Assembly: GCA_964016885.1 (NCBI GenBank) | Contig: OZ024742.1 | Location: 244,900,001 to 244,964,000, forward strand | Origin: Eledone cirrhosa | Taxonomy: Eukaryota | Length of the DNA stretch: 64,000 nucleotides | Reading direction: 5' to 3' | Shown: piece after piece, positions 25,420 to 37,591 of the stretch | How positions within the stretch are numbered: position 1 is the first letter of the stretch | Layout of the letters: each line of letters begins with the position of its first letter | Notes under the pieces: generated by a model | Told to the model about the DNA's origin: nothing | The model's database searches: none | What the model saw: only the letters and a program-made list of their open reading frames with translations | Made by a program: the position numbers and the translations under genes

Positions 25420-28060
25420 CTGAAACGAAACATGTTTCTTTAAAAAAAAATAACAGAAAAATAATTACTTCAAAACAAAGGAATAAAACCAAAAATTACA
25501 TTGAAAACAAATTTGTAGCTAAGGAAGATGGCATCTGTGCACCGAAAGTTCTGAAGAGATTGGGCATCAACGAAAATCAACTAGCCAGAGTCTCCCCAAG
25601 GACGTTGTTGCTCTTTCCCTCCACAAACCCTATATAGGGATTGCATTGACCGATTGGTTGAGGGCTGTGAGCCTGAATACATTCCAAGCACTACCTCTCG
25701 GTCTTACTTGATCCAGGACTGCAGCTCCATCAAGGAGACGAGCTGGGGGAAAATCCATCTAGCAAATGATGACCACACCTGTTCACTGTCGAGAGGTGGA
25801 GATGCCGTAGCTTGAACACATGTCTGTGCATCATCAGCCATGGCATGCCCAACCCTCCACATAGTTGGTGTTGACAGCAGATGGACCACCTGACTATCGG
25901 AGCGCGTCCCTTCTACAAGAAGCGAAAGAAAGAGCAAATGCTCCAGTGCAGTCAGGTGAGGCTTAGGACAAGGCACGACTGTTAGGTGATAGTAGATGAC
26001 GGACGTAATGTACGTGTTCACCATCCCCGCTCAACCTTTCAGGGATAGCTTCCTCTCGGTCCATTTCTGGGTGAGAGAGGCCACCCTGCACGTCACCTCA
26101 TCCAAGTTTTTGTCCGTCTGGAGGTCCGGACCGAACAGGATCCCTAGCAACTTAACAGGTCCATCCATCCAGCACCTGATGACATTGTTGGATGGCATGG
26201 ACCTGCATCTCCAGGTTCTAAGCCACAGGCCCACTGACTTTTCCTGGTTAATCATTGCTCCTGTCACAGCCTTGTATTCTCTTAGTGTAGTGTCAATCAC
26301 CTCGATGTGTTTGGCATTCGACACCACTATGGTGACATCGTTCTCCTGCATCCCAGTTTGTGCGGGATGCCCCTCAATGTCTCCAGTTTGAGCAGTAATG
26401 GCTCAAGAGTCAATACGTACAACAAGGATGAGAGGGGATCTCTTTGGTAGACCGAGCACATGATGTTGAATGGTTCCAAAAGGTGACCGTTCACTCTCAC
26501 CATGGAGCAGATGTCACTGTGCATGGCAGCGATCCAGCCTTTGAAGACGGGCCCAAAGTCAGCTGCCCTCAGGACTTTCGCCAAATAATGATGGTCGACT
26601 GATCTAAATTGATCAAGGCACCACTCGTGCCAGGTTCGTTAGCTACCCTCTCCACGATGTATTGCATGAGGTGGAGGTTGTCATGAATGGATCTGTCTGG
26701 AATAACGCATGTCTGTACCTCTCCTACCAGACCACCGATGACAAGCGGCAACCTCTTTGTTGGCACCTTGGCCAAAATCTTGAACTCTGGGTTTAGCAGA
26801 GTTATGGGCCTGAAATTATTTATGTTGTTCCCCTTGTTCAGATCCTTTCTAAGCAGCACCACCCCTCCTCAGCTCACAGAGCTGGGAATTTTCCTGTTCT
26901 GCTGCCAGTTGCAGTAGACGTCTGCCAAGAGGTCGCTGAACAAGTCTGACACGTGTATGTAAAGCTCGTAGGGCAGACAATCCAGACCAGGTGATTTACC
27001 CATCACGCAGTCAGTCATTGTCTCCCATACCTCAGCCGCTGTTATTGGCTTTTCGCAACACTCCGCTTCACTGGCTGAGAGCTGCGGCAGATAATTGAGG
27101 TATGCAATCCGGTCCACATCTGCCCCTGAAGAGCTGAGCGAAGTGCCGCACTCATTTTCCCAGATTCAAGTAACATGCGACCGTTGTGGTCCTCCAAAGA
27201 CCAGATCGTGGAATTGTTGCCACGAGGTGCCTCTGCCACTTGGGCCCATCAAACAGCTTTTGTCCCCTTGTGTCTGAGAGCACATGACCTAGCTCTGACA
27301 ATGCAGCCCTTGTGCTTTGCGTTGAAGAATTGGTCGAGGGCCAATTTCGCTGCAAGCACAGTCGAGCATCTTCCTTCCACAGATATGGGAAGTTGGGTGC
27401 CATTCCTGAGGTTTATTACGTCAGGAATAGTGCCGATACAGTCCTGGTTGGTTTGCATGAGCATTCCAATACCAGACCAGTCCTCTCTCCCCAACTTTTT
27501 TACCTGCAGAATGGCCGTTTTTTCCTCGAGGACAGATACGACCAGCGGGACCTGGGTCACCATGACTTTTGCAAGTTTTTTTCCCCGCAGTAAAATGGGA
27601 CTAATATTATTTCCTCTCTCTTTAGAGTTGTCAAGGAGTGAAATTTCGCTTCCAGGGTGGTGGGAAAAAGGACGTCCAGAGTGGCATACTTCTTGCCTCG
27701 GGTGATGTAGGTTTTCCGTGGCCCCTTCCCCCCCAAGGCCTTTTGTATTTGAGCCTCCGTGGCTCTCTCCACACAATGTGATCTCATGTCAATTGTGCGG
27801 TATGACACCATGCATTGTTCTTGCTCCTCCATGAAATCAGCTCCACCATGTTTCTTTTTTCAATAGAAATTTACTTTTAAACACACAAAGGTTAAATATT
27901 TGGGCCAAAACGCCCAAATATTATGGGTAGTCTTTTCTTGAGGGCAAAGACTAAAGTCTTATGCCCCTTTTGAAACAAAAATAACAAACATATTTAAAAC
28001 CGTAGAAATAACAAACTTACTCTAGCTCTCGATAGTACATCCATTCAGTTCAGCGACCAA
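25420..28060 (-). mobile_element. L1/Tx1-type LINE, decayed, internally deleted
   Basis: RT remnants KSPGLDCLPYELY, NFRPITLLNPEFKILAKV, RSIHDNL, QRDPLSSLLYVL, GAMINQEKS and WTERKLSLKG. ORF1-like sequence at 27380-27830 joins the post-endonuclease linker directly. Confidence 0.85.
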
Positions 28061-28254
28061 TAATAATAATAATAATAATAATAGAAATCTAGCATCTCAT
28101 AGAAAGTTGTGGTGTCTAAAGAATTTTGAGTTTGGCTTAAAATTTCTGTTGCTCCTACGTTTCCTGTTAAAGAAATTTTAAGTAGTAGTTGAAAGAAAGA
28201 GATAATTTCTTAAATTCAAAGAATTATATAACTTCATAAATGCAATAGATATTT

Positions 28255-29340
28255 CATATGAGGATATTTTCTACAACATCCACCGCTGACCACATTTCTG
28301 CCCTCCACCTCATTATTGAAAGATTTTGGGAGTTCCGCAGAGATCAGTGCTTCTACGTTATGTTTGTCGGCGTCAAGGTGGCTTTCGATACGGTTGACCA
28401 TGCTTCCTTCTGGAATATTTTCCAGCTTTTCAATGCACCTCCCAAGATCACCACCCTGTTCCAACAGCTCTATAACAGTGCCGAGAGCTGCATGTGGGTG
28501 AATGGGAAAGACTCCAACTGGTTCCCCATCGACTGCAGGGTCAGACAGGGCTATGTGGCTGCTCCCGACCTCTTCAATTGTGTTATCGACTATCTGATGA
28601 CCAAGGTTTGTGAGTGAGTTTCTGGTGTTACCCTCATGAATTACCACCTAACAGACCTGGAGTACACAGATGACACCACCCTTTTCAGCACTGGCTACAT
28701 ACCTGGAGGAATCAGCAAAGCTTGGCCTTTAGGTAAGCTGGATGAAGACAAAGCTGATGCATGTCGGCAATGGCCCATATCCTCCTCTGCTTCATATTGG
28801 CCCTGACGCCATGGAGTTTGTCAGCTCCTTCATTTACCTGGCTTCACTGTCACCAGCAATGGAAACCTGACCACAGAGATCAACTGCAGATGTGGCCTAG
28901 CTGCAGGGATCATGCACTCCCTATGGAAGCCCCTTTGGCACTATTACTCAATCTCCTAGAAGGCGAAGCTCCATATTTACAATGGAGCAGAAACATGGCC
29001 CCTCACAAAGACCCTGGCAAAGAGGATCGACAGTTTCAATAGCAGAGATCTGAGGACCATTAAAAACATCAGATGAGACCACCACATTTCCAATAAAGTG
29101 CTGTGTGCACACACGTATCAGCCCACAGCTTGCCAGCTCATAGCTCATGCTAGTATGGATATGTCCTCCAGTTTCCACCAGATCATCCTATCAGGGCCTT
29201 ACTCTCATTTGTGCAGTGACTGCAGGCTGGAAAAGGCCCTGTGACAGATGGTTGGATGCCACCAGGGAAGAGCTCTGGAGGTTCGACATCCCCTTGAAGG
29301 ATGCTTTGGGATCTCTGGATGACCCCAGCCTCGTCGAGCA
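28255..29340 (+). mobile_element. RTE-clade LINE, 5'-truncated RT fragment
   Basis: STADHISAL, KVAFDTVDH, RVRQGYVAAPDLFN, LEYTDD and GAETW. Confidence 0.85.
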
Positions 29341-31114
29341 AGAAGTAGTATTTTCTCCTCCAAATAATATATAATTTAATCTGGCTATGAAAATATCTGA
29401 AAGAATTACAGAATGCCTCCCTTTTTTTTTCAAAAATAACTCAGCTATATCAGTAAATTGTCCATGTTATCTTTTAAAATAGAAAGATGAATGCTTTTAC
29501 TTGGCACCAGAATATAAAAATAATACTTATAAGTTGAAATTCAATGAAATTATTTTTGTTACTTTATTTTTATTAAGATTACTATAATCCCATTATCTTT
29601 AATAAAAATACTCATAAACATAATGTATACTCACAAATTATAGACTTTATAATTATTTGTAATATACACGCACAAAAAGAAAGATGGGTGGCTGTCTGAA
29701 TTAATCTGAATATATAAAATTGTCTAAATATTTCCAAATAAATACTGAATTTTCATAAATGACCTTTTTTTATGTGAAGAGTTTTGTCTTAAGTTCAATA
29801 AAAAAAATTATTAACCTTTTTGACTCTAACATGGCCAAAACCAATTCTGATTCTATGAAGCAAATGGCTTGTCTTAAAAGGTTACGATTTCAACATTAAA
29901 AGGTCTCTATTTAAATGAACATCTTCCAACATAATTTATATAAGAACCATATGTTAAGTTACTATCTGTATATTCAAACAATTAATAATTTCAATAAATC
30001 CTTTAAAATTTTTAATTATTTAATTGAAATAGTGTGTATTTCATTATAAATATGGCCTCAAAAGTGTAGACTATATTTCCACCTTGGATATTGCAAATTA
30101 AAACCCACAATGGCCAATACAATGTTATCATTGATTATTTCCAGATTAGCCTTAATCAAATTGATCTATTATTAAAGACTTTCCAATCGTGACCATCCTT
30201 TCTTTTTTAGGATTATCTAGGAATCTTCGTTTTAAAATTAAGATAGGGTGTGGTTTGAAGCAGATTTTACTGCTAGAAATAGCAAGTCATGGATTGGCAG
30301 AGTCGTTAGAGCGTCAGATAAATGCTTCGCAGTATTTGTTCAGACTCTTTATGTTTTGAGTTAAAATCCTGCCACGGTCAATTTTGTCTTCCATTCTTCT
30401 GGGGTCGATAAAATGAAGTACCAGTCAAACACTATAGGGTCAATATAATCAACTTTCCTCTTCTCCCTATATTGCTGGCCTTGTGCCTAAATTATAAAAC
30501 ATTATCAATTCTCATGTGTAAACATGGTTATTTACAATAATAATGTACAGGAAGTAGGTTATCGAGTACCCCTTGAATATGTGTGAGGTAGCAGTGAAGA
30601 CATTTTTCTTTTCATATAGTTTTCACAGAAAATTAGACTAACGAAACTCATTGATTTCCAGTCACAATTGTTTTCTAGGGAATCTATAATGACTTTATTA
30701 CTATTGGAACCTGCCTTCATGAATTGATCGACAAGATCTCAAACCTTACTTACTAAGTGGAGTGGAACTTGTCAAATTTGACCAAGGAAACAATATTTTT
30801 CATTGGTCTTTCCATTGCTGATACTATCTACCGGTTGCAATTCCTGGCAGAAAGAGCAACGTGAACTAAAGTGTCTTGCTCAACGACACAATGTATCGCC
30901 CGGTCCTGGAATCGAACTCGCAATCTCATAACTGCGAATCCAATTTTCTAACCATTAAGTCACGCGTCTACACTAAAATACAAAAAAATATCGAAAAATA
31001 AATTTAAACGCAGTTAGAGTTATGTTCCATACATTTCAAGGGAGGTAACTTTTAAAAAGAGTTACTTCCCATATAATGTTATCACAAATTCACTATTTTT
31101 TTCTTACTTTAGAA

Positions 31115-31439
31115 AAGAGGTTCTCAAAGTGGGCGCTACTGCCCCCCCCCCCCTCCGCCGGGGATGGGCATTCAGAAGGTCCAGGGGAAGGGAGGTGGGT
31201 GGGGATTGAGTAGAGATGAGATGATAGTATATTAAATATCGAATGATAAATATAGTAAAATAAAAAATATATAATTATTTATACATATTATTTATTATAT
31301 ATAAATTAACGATTTTATTTATTATATATTATTTACAATTTGTGTGTAGATGGGTCTCTCTGAAAATAGGGTTGGGGGTCGCTGAAGGTATTACGTGGCT
31401 GTGAGGGGCGCGGTGGCCCCAAAAGTTTGAGAACCTCTG
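31115..31439. mobile_element. hAT (Charlie-like) MITE
   Basis: TIRs (A)AGAGGTTCTCAAA / TTTGAGAACCTCTG with imperfect 8-bp TSD ctttagaa / ttgtagaa. Confidence 0.75.
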
Positions 31440-32329
31440 TTGTAGAACACTAAGGAAAACAAAACATTACATTATTTTCATTAATCTCAATGTTCTGTAA
31501 TTTAAAGAGGAAATAGTAGGTGCATGCTTTCAAGTGAATTGAAACTAGTTCGTGACCTTGCTGAGAAAACTGAAATATTCATTGCACACAGGCAAGGTTT
31601 AATGGGCGAGTTATAATCTGCAAGATGTAGAGGAAAATTATCAAAATTGTGATATTAAAAAAAAAGAAAATCTAACATCGATAAAAACAAATACTCTTAT
31701 TTTTAAATGTTTGACAGATTTTTAAATGTAACAGATAGGTTTTAAATGTAAAATAGGAATATATTTAGGCGTAGGATGAATTTTATTCACAGTTGTATAA
31801 AAATATAATATAATTCTTACAGAACGAAAACACAATCGCATATAATATATTCAATAAAAGAAAGGTAAAAAAATATAAAAAAAAGAAGAAAAAAGTGTGT
31901 GTGTGGAGGGGGGGGGGATTTACCACCAAGTGCGACAATCAGCCGCATACCACATCATAAGGGTTAACTAAACACTTTGAGGCAAGCTAATACGCTTGCA
32001 GCATTGCCACGGGTGGTGGGTAGGCTAAGGAGCTGAAACAATTAGGCACCCCCACGGACATCACCTGACACCTCAGTAAGGCGAGTCGCCAGTGATAAGA
32101 ATTTCAGTCAGCGGCCCAACTCTACCAAACGTCTCGAACGCAATTTAAAATGGATTTAAGAGACACAATACGATTTGGAATCTTAATTCTGAATGACTAT
32201 ATGATTATATTGTTTTTGACACAATAGTACTAGGAGCATCTTAACAGAAATTCTTTGTTTTTCAATTATAATCTTAGAAAATAGATAAAATGAAAATAAA
32301 CTTTTAAACGACCCGAAAGAAACTTAGAT

Positions 32330-32916
32330 TGTAACTCTCACTTTATTAAAAGTAACGTAGATTAAGCTATATCCTGTATGTAACTCTCACTTTACTAGAA
32401 ATACTGTAGACTAAACTATATCCTGTGTGTAACTCTCACTTTACTAGAACTACAGTAGACTAAACTATAACTTGTATGTAACTCTCACTTTATTAGAAAT
32501 ACTGTAGACTAAACTATATCTTGTATGTAACTCTCACTTTACTAGCAATACAGTAGACTAAACTATATCTTGTATGTAACTCTCACTTTACTAGCAATAC
32601 AGTAGACTAAACTATATCTTGTATGTAACTCTCACTTTACTAGAAATACAAGATATAGTTTAGTCTACTGTATTGCTAGTAAAGTGAGAGTTACATACAA
32701 GATATAGTTTAGTCTACTGTATTTCTAGTAAAGTGAGAGTTATATACAGTAGACTAAACTATATCTTGTATGCAACTCTCACTTTATTAGAAATACAGTA
32801 GACTAAACTATATCTTGTATGTAACTCTCACTTTACTAGAAATACTGTAGACTAAACTATATCTTGTATGTAACTCTCACTTTACTAGAAATACAGTAGA
32901 TTAAACTATATCCTGT
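32330..32916. repeat. Minisatellite, 49-bp unit, about 12 copies, two internal units inverted
   Basis: Unit tgtaactctcactttactagaaatacagtagactaaactatatcttgta; 32647-32746 is the reverse complement of two units. Confidence 0.95.
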
Positions 32917-34799
32917 AGAAAATAGTGTTGTATTTGAATCGGATTGTGAATGTTAAAAATATGATCACAAAGATGTTGGCATGTTACCAAGTAGTTAATA
33001 TTTAACGTCCAAATAAAACACTATTTCTACACTTTATACAATACTTTATGCTAGCTACAATAATCTCTTATGTCCTGTAGGTTTCACTACATTCTTTGAC
33101 CTGTTATCAGAGGCGTAACTAGCGTATGGCAAACATGACATGGGAGCCACATGAAAGAGGCGCCACCTGGAATAGGAGCACGTTCTATTAAAGTCAAATA
33201 AGCCTAGTCAGAGAGTAAAAAAAGAAACTCCTTCAGATGTATTATCTGTCTTTGGTTATCATGTGTGAGAACACTATCGTGGCTGGATCATTAAACTATT
33301 TATATAAATTATTAGGCCCATAGGTAAAAATCCAGTGCTGGGCAGGAGCGCACTTTCACTGCTTGCTATAGGCGTTATTTTCCCTGCTTGTTATTAACTC
33401 TATTTGTCTAATATTTCATGCAGGTAAAACTGTTGTTTGTACAGTGAACGAAGAATCAAATGTGATATCTTTATTATATTTTCTTCCGAATCTTACATCT
33501 CAAAGTCTATGATGTTAGTTTAGTTGTTGTTTGTTCAGTGTCTCTCATCACCCCAAGGCTTCTCAGTCTTTAGAGCATCCGATAGAAAATTCCTAGCGAT
33601 ATTTGTTCCAACTCTCTCTCTCTCTCTCTCTCCAAGGTCAACTTCTTTGCCTACCATCTATTCGGGGTCGATAAAATAAAGGTGCAGTTCATAGCAAATG
33701 AAGTGGTATTTGTTCCTATTGTTCTGAGTTCAAATATAATTGACGGCCGGGGTTAAACACCCAACGACAGGACCTACCACAACCGATTATAGACTACAAC
33801 AGGGGAAGTAAGCCTGTGGCTGTCTGCTAGTGCAGTTGTACGATGATGATGATGTATCATCTAAATCTTATCTATGACGATGAGGATAACGATGGTGTAT
33901 CATCTAAATCTTACGTATGATGATGAATCATGTGACTCTTATTTATCAGATTTACTTCTTCATACCACTCTGTATTACAATTAAAAATAAATTTGAAGAT
34001 TAGTTTGTCCGCATTGTAGCTAGATCAACATTTGTGCTTGCAACGATCTTTCCTCTGTACAAAAATTCATTAAATTTACAGTGAAACAAGTTCATCTCTA
34101 GCGTTGCAGCTTTAAAATACTACATTAGATTTAATTTTTAATAAATCATAATTTTTCTTATAAAAATTCGGATGAATAGTAATATATTTTATCCAAATAC
34201 TCGCAACCATTTAGATTAAAACATCAAAATGGTCACAATGTATCCAAAATATTTAATTTAGCAAAAATAAAACAACAAAAAACAACAAATTAAAGCTATT
34301 TATTCCTTTATTTATACGATTTCACTAGACCACTGATATTTTCTGAATAAAGTAAAAAAGAATCATATACAAATATTTACGATTTGAATGGAGGGATGTT
34401 CTCATTTTTATTGCCAATTCGATGGGTTTTATTTTAACAAAATGTTATAGAACCAGCATGTAAGTTTGTGTGCAGAACGGAGAAGGGAATTCTCATGTTT
34501 TGGATGAAGATCAATGGAGAAGAAATGCGAAGTGCATACAGATGACTGTAAATAAAGTTGATAAAAAAAGACAAAACATATCCAGTACATTTAGAGTTTT
34601 CTCCCTTGAATAAGGCTTGTAGTATAAGTTAATGCAATTTCTTCGTTGAAAGTTCTCAGAAGATTAGTGAAATATACGTCACGCACGCACACACACAGTG
34701 TGCTGGCAGTCGAAGTGTATTAAAAAGTTGTATCTGTAGAAATACAGTGTATGTAATCTAGACTGCACCAGCGTATAAAAATATATACACGTATTTTAT

Positions 34800-35700
34800 A
34801 TGTTGGAGGGTTGGATCTGGTTGGACAGAGGCATTTCGTGTGGCACTAAGGTAAGTGTCTACCACTCCTGTGTCCTGAATGCTCTCTTGTACTCTTCTGA
34901 GACCACATACTAACATCATATCAAGACATTGGAAAGATTCCACCATAAATGCCTCTGGCCTATTTTGAACATTAAGTGGTAATTATTTACACCTGACACC
35001 GTTGTTCTGCAGTGGACCAATACATCCAAAACCAACTGTGTTGGGTAGGGCATTAAGGTGGATGGGAGATGAGAGGTTGCCTAAGCAAATTTGGTATGGA
35101 GAGTTAACCCTTGGTAAACACCTCGGACACAAACCCAAGAAACGTTTCAGGGATGTTGTTAAAGGCAACCTGATGACTCTTGGTATTAGTTGTGAGGATT
35201 GGGAAGACGGGGCAGAGAAGAGATCTGGTTGAAGAAGTCTGGTTTATGATAGTTGTAATCGTTTTGAGGTAAAACAGATGACACATTTGGTATTTAAAGG
35301 AGCATTCAGGAAAGGTGATGTAGACTCAGTCCCGGAGGATATCCAGAATAGCCTGTCTCTAACATCTGTAGAAAAGTTGTTCTTTCTTATGCCAGGCCCG
35401 CTAGTCATTTTAGAGCTTATAACAATCAGTAGTCTGGGACCGATTATGTTGGTGTCCTCCTTGAAAAGCCTGCGGGGTATTTGTGGCAATTTTACAACAA
35501 AGCCTGTAGGTCTTCTGCCGTACTTAAGCGGTACATGAGTGAGCATAAGGAGGAAGTTATGTTCAGGGCTATCTGAGTGCCGCATGATGTGTCTCACATC
35601 TGTAAAACAGTATGCAGGAGTGAGGCAGGTTTGCGGAGTTATTTGCAGGCTCGTGGTCAGCACAACGTTGAAGAGATGGCCCCCTTTTGTAAAGAAGAGG
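34800..35700 (+). mobile_element. RTE (BovB-like) LINE 3' part with C2H2-like fingers
   Basis: MGDERLPKQIWYGEL..GHKPKKRFRD followed by three CxxC..H-like motifs. Homologous to 42950-43930. Confidence 0.85.
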
Positions 35701-35701
35701 C

Positions 35702-35754
<53 letters not shown>

Positions 35755-35965
35755 TAGTATATTTACCAACATATGCGTACAGATGTACACTAATGCTAGC
35801 AAATACATAAGTTATGTCATAGTACCTAGGTGGTTCTATGCAGGGGGATGCAGAACAATTATATGAAAGACGTAAAATAAGAAAATTTTAAAAATTAAAA
35901 ATTAACTTACTTACTAAAATTTTAGTAAGTTAATTTTTAATTTTTAAAATTTTCTTATTTTACGT

Positions 35966-36000
<35 letters not shown>

Positions 36001-36128
36001 AAAGTTATATTTAAAATTGTTGGGTTACAACTAGTAAATATTTATAACTGATATAAAAGCACTCGACAAATATTTGGAGTATATTTACAATATTAAATAA
36101 ATGGAAACTATATTTATAAAACCATATT

Positions 36129-36194
36129 TATTTCATTATATATATTTCGGGGATATCATATTAACAATATGCTATGCCTTCCTCAGACAAAATA
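36129..36194 (-). ncRNA. Candidate minimal hammerhead ribozyme (PLE-type)
   Basis: Minus strand tattttgt-CUGAGGA-hairpin(ggcatagcatatt gtt aatatgatatcc)-GAAA-uauaua-UA-atgaaata. Stem I is 8 bp with two G-U pairs. Confidence 0.5.
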
Positions 36195-36940
36195 CAATAT
36201 AAACAGTTTTATAGATAAATAGATTATTGTTAATATGATATACCCGAAATATATATAATGAAATAAATATGGTTTTATAAATATAGTTTCCATTTATTTA
36301 ATATTGTATATATATATATTAATCTTTAAGAATGAGTCACTGAGCAATATGTATTTTTGTTGGAGCCCGGTGGCAGCACACACTCGAGCTACGTCACTGC
36401 ACCCACGTATTGAATACAGAGATCTTATCAATTCTTGAACCTAATCTAATGTTGTTTTCGAATTCTTTAGCATTATATCTATTAGGGCGGTGGATTGCAG
36501 TATAGAGTTGCGCCCCTTTATGGTCGGAGTTCAAATCCTGTTGAGGTTAACTTTGCCTTTCATCAATACGGGGTCGATAAAATAAAAGTACCAGTAATGC
36601 ACTGGAGTAATTGCAGGTCTTGTGCTTAAAGTAGAAACAATTATATCTATTAGATTGGATATGCACCGCGTGACCTTAAGGGCTCATAATATTTATTGGA
36701 AGTAATTACCTTAAATGTGGAACCCTCACAATATTGAATATACTCAAATTAGGGAACTGATTTATATTTTAGGATAATAAGGATTGTGGGGGCAGTAAAT
36801 ATAACAAATTTTGAATTAAATGTCTTGCAGTGTTTTGTTAACGTCTCTTTATGTTCTGAAATCAAATCCCTCCAGAATTGACTTTGCTTTCATCTCTCCG
36901 GTATCGATAAAATAAATTCTAGTGATGTATTGAGGACATG

Positions 36941-37220
36941 GAAGTATGTGGCCTAGTGGTAAGGGTGTTGGACTTATGACCATAACGTTGTGGGTTCAAT
37001 TCCTGGACTGGGTTGTGTGTTGTGTTCTTGAGCAAAACACTTCATTTCATGTTGCTCTAGTATACTCAACTGAAAATGAGTACCAGCAATAGCTGGGAAT
37101 TCAACCCTGCAATGGACTGGCGTCCTGTCCAGGAGGGAGTATTGTTCTCTCAGTCGCTTAACGTCGGGATTAGCACCGGCCTGATGAGCCTCTGGGGCTG
37201 AGACAGATGTTAGACTTAGA
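36941..37220 (+). mobile_element. tRNA-derived SINE with CORE- and V-like domains
   Basis: tggcctagtgg / gggttcaattcc boxes, cttgagcaaaacact, gcaatggactggcgtcctgtccagg. Homologous to 58960-59228 (-). Confidence 0.8.
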
Positions 37221-37308
37221 GTGTATTGAGGTCGGTTCAATTGACTAGATCCCTTTCCTACAAAACTGGGACCATTTACCATAATTAAAAGCCAACATTT
37301 TGGAAATA

Positions 37309-37465
37309 CAGGTAAAATTTCGTTATAACGAATATCATTATAACGAAATTTTTTTAAATCTCGGCCACACGCTCGATGTGTTAGCTCGATCTCGTTATAA
37401 AGAAACTTTCGATACAAAGAATTTTTTTAATACCCCGTGAATTTCGTTATAACGGAATTTCACTG
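37309..37465. mobile_element. Tigger/pogo-like MITE
   Basis: TA|CAGGTAAAATTTCGTTATAACG ... CGTTATAACGGAATTTCACTG|TA; second copy at 56122-56278. Confidence 0.8.
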
Positions 37466-37591
37466 TATTGCAACTTTTTGATTCAGATTGATTAGATTAT
37501 AAAGTAATCACTTCAGAATTTCTACTCGTTTTGCACCGAAATTTGTCTACTTCTGGGTTTACAAGCTGATAGTTGTTGTTTAGTCAAAGAA

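Noticed and set aside
32330-32916. CRISPR-like periodic repeats (also 7156-7419)
   Set aside because: Units are contiguous with no unique spacers, there are no cas genes, and the context is eukaryotic.
33108-33385. Further hAT-like MITE remnants (also about 37940-38375 and 51525-51690)
   Set aside because: GC-rich subterminal-like motifs are present but matching TIR pairs and TSDs could not be established by eye.
34450-34610. Possible small Cys-containing exon
   Set aside because: All frames stop quickly, with no recognisable homology or partner exons.
37175-37215. ctgatgagcc..ggctgagac as a hammerhead
   Set aside because: GAAA core is absent, there is no stem I partner, and the sister SINE copy at about 58965-58995 lacks CTGATGA.
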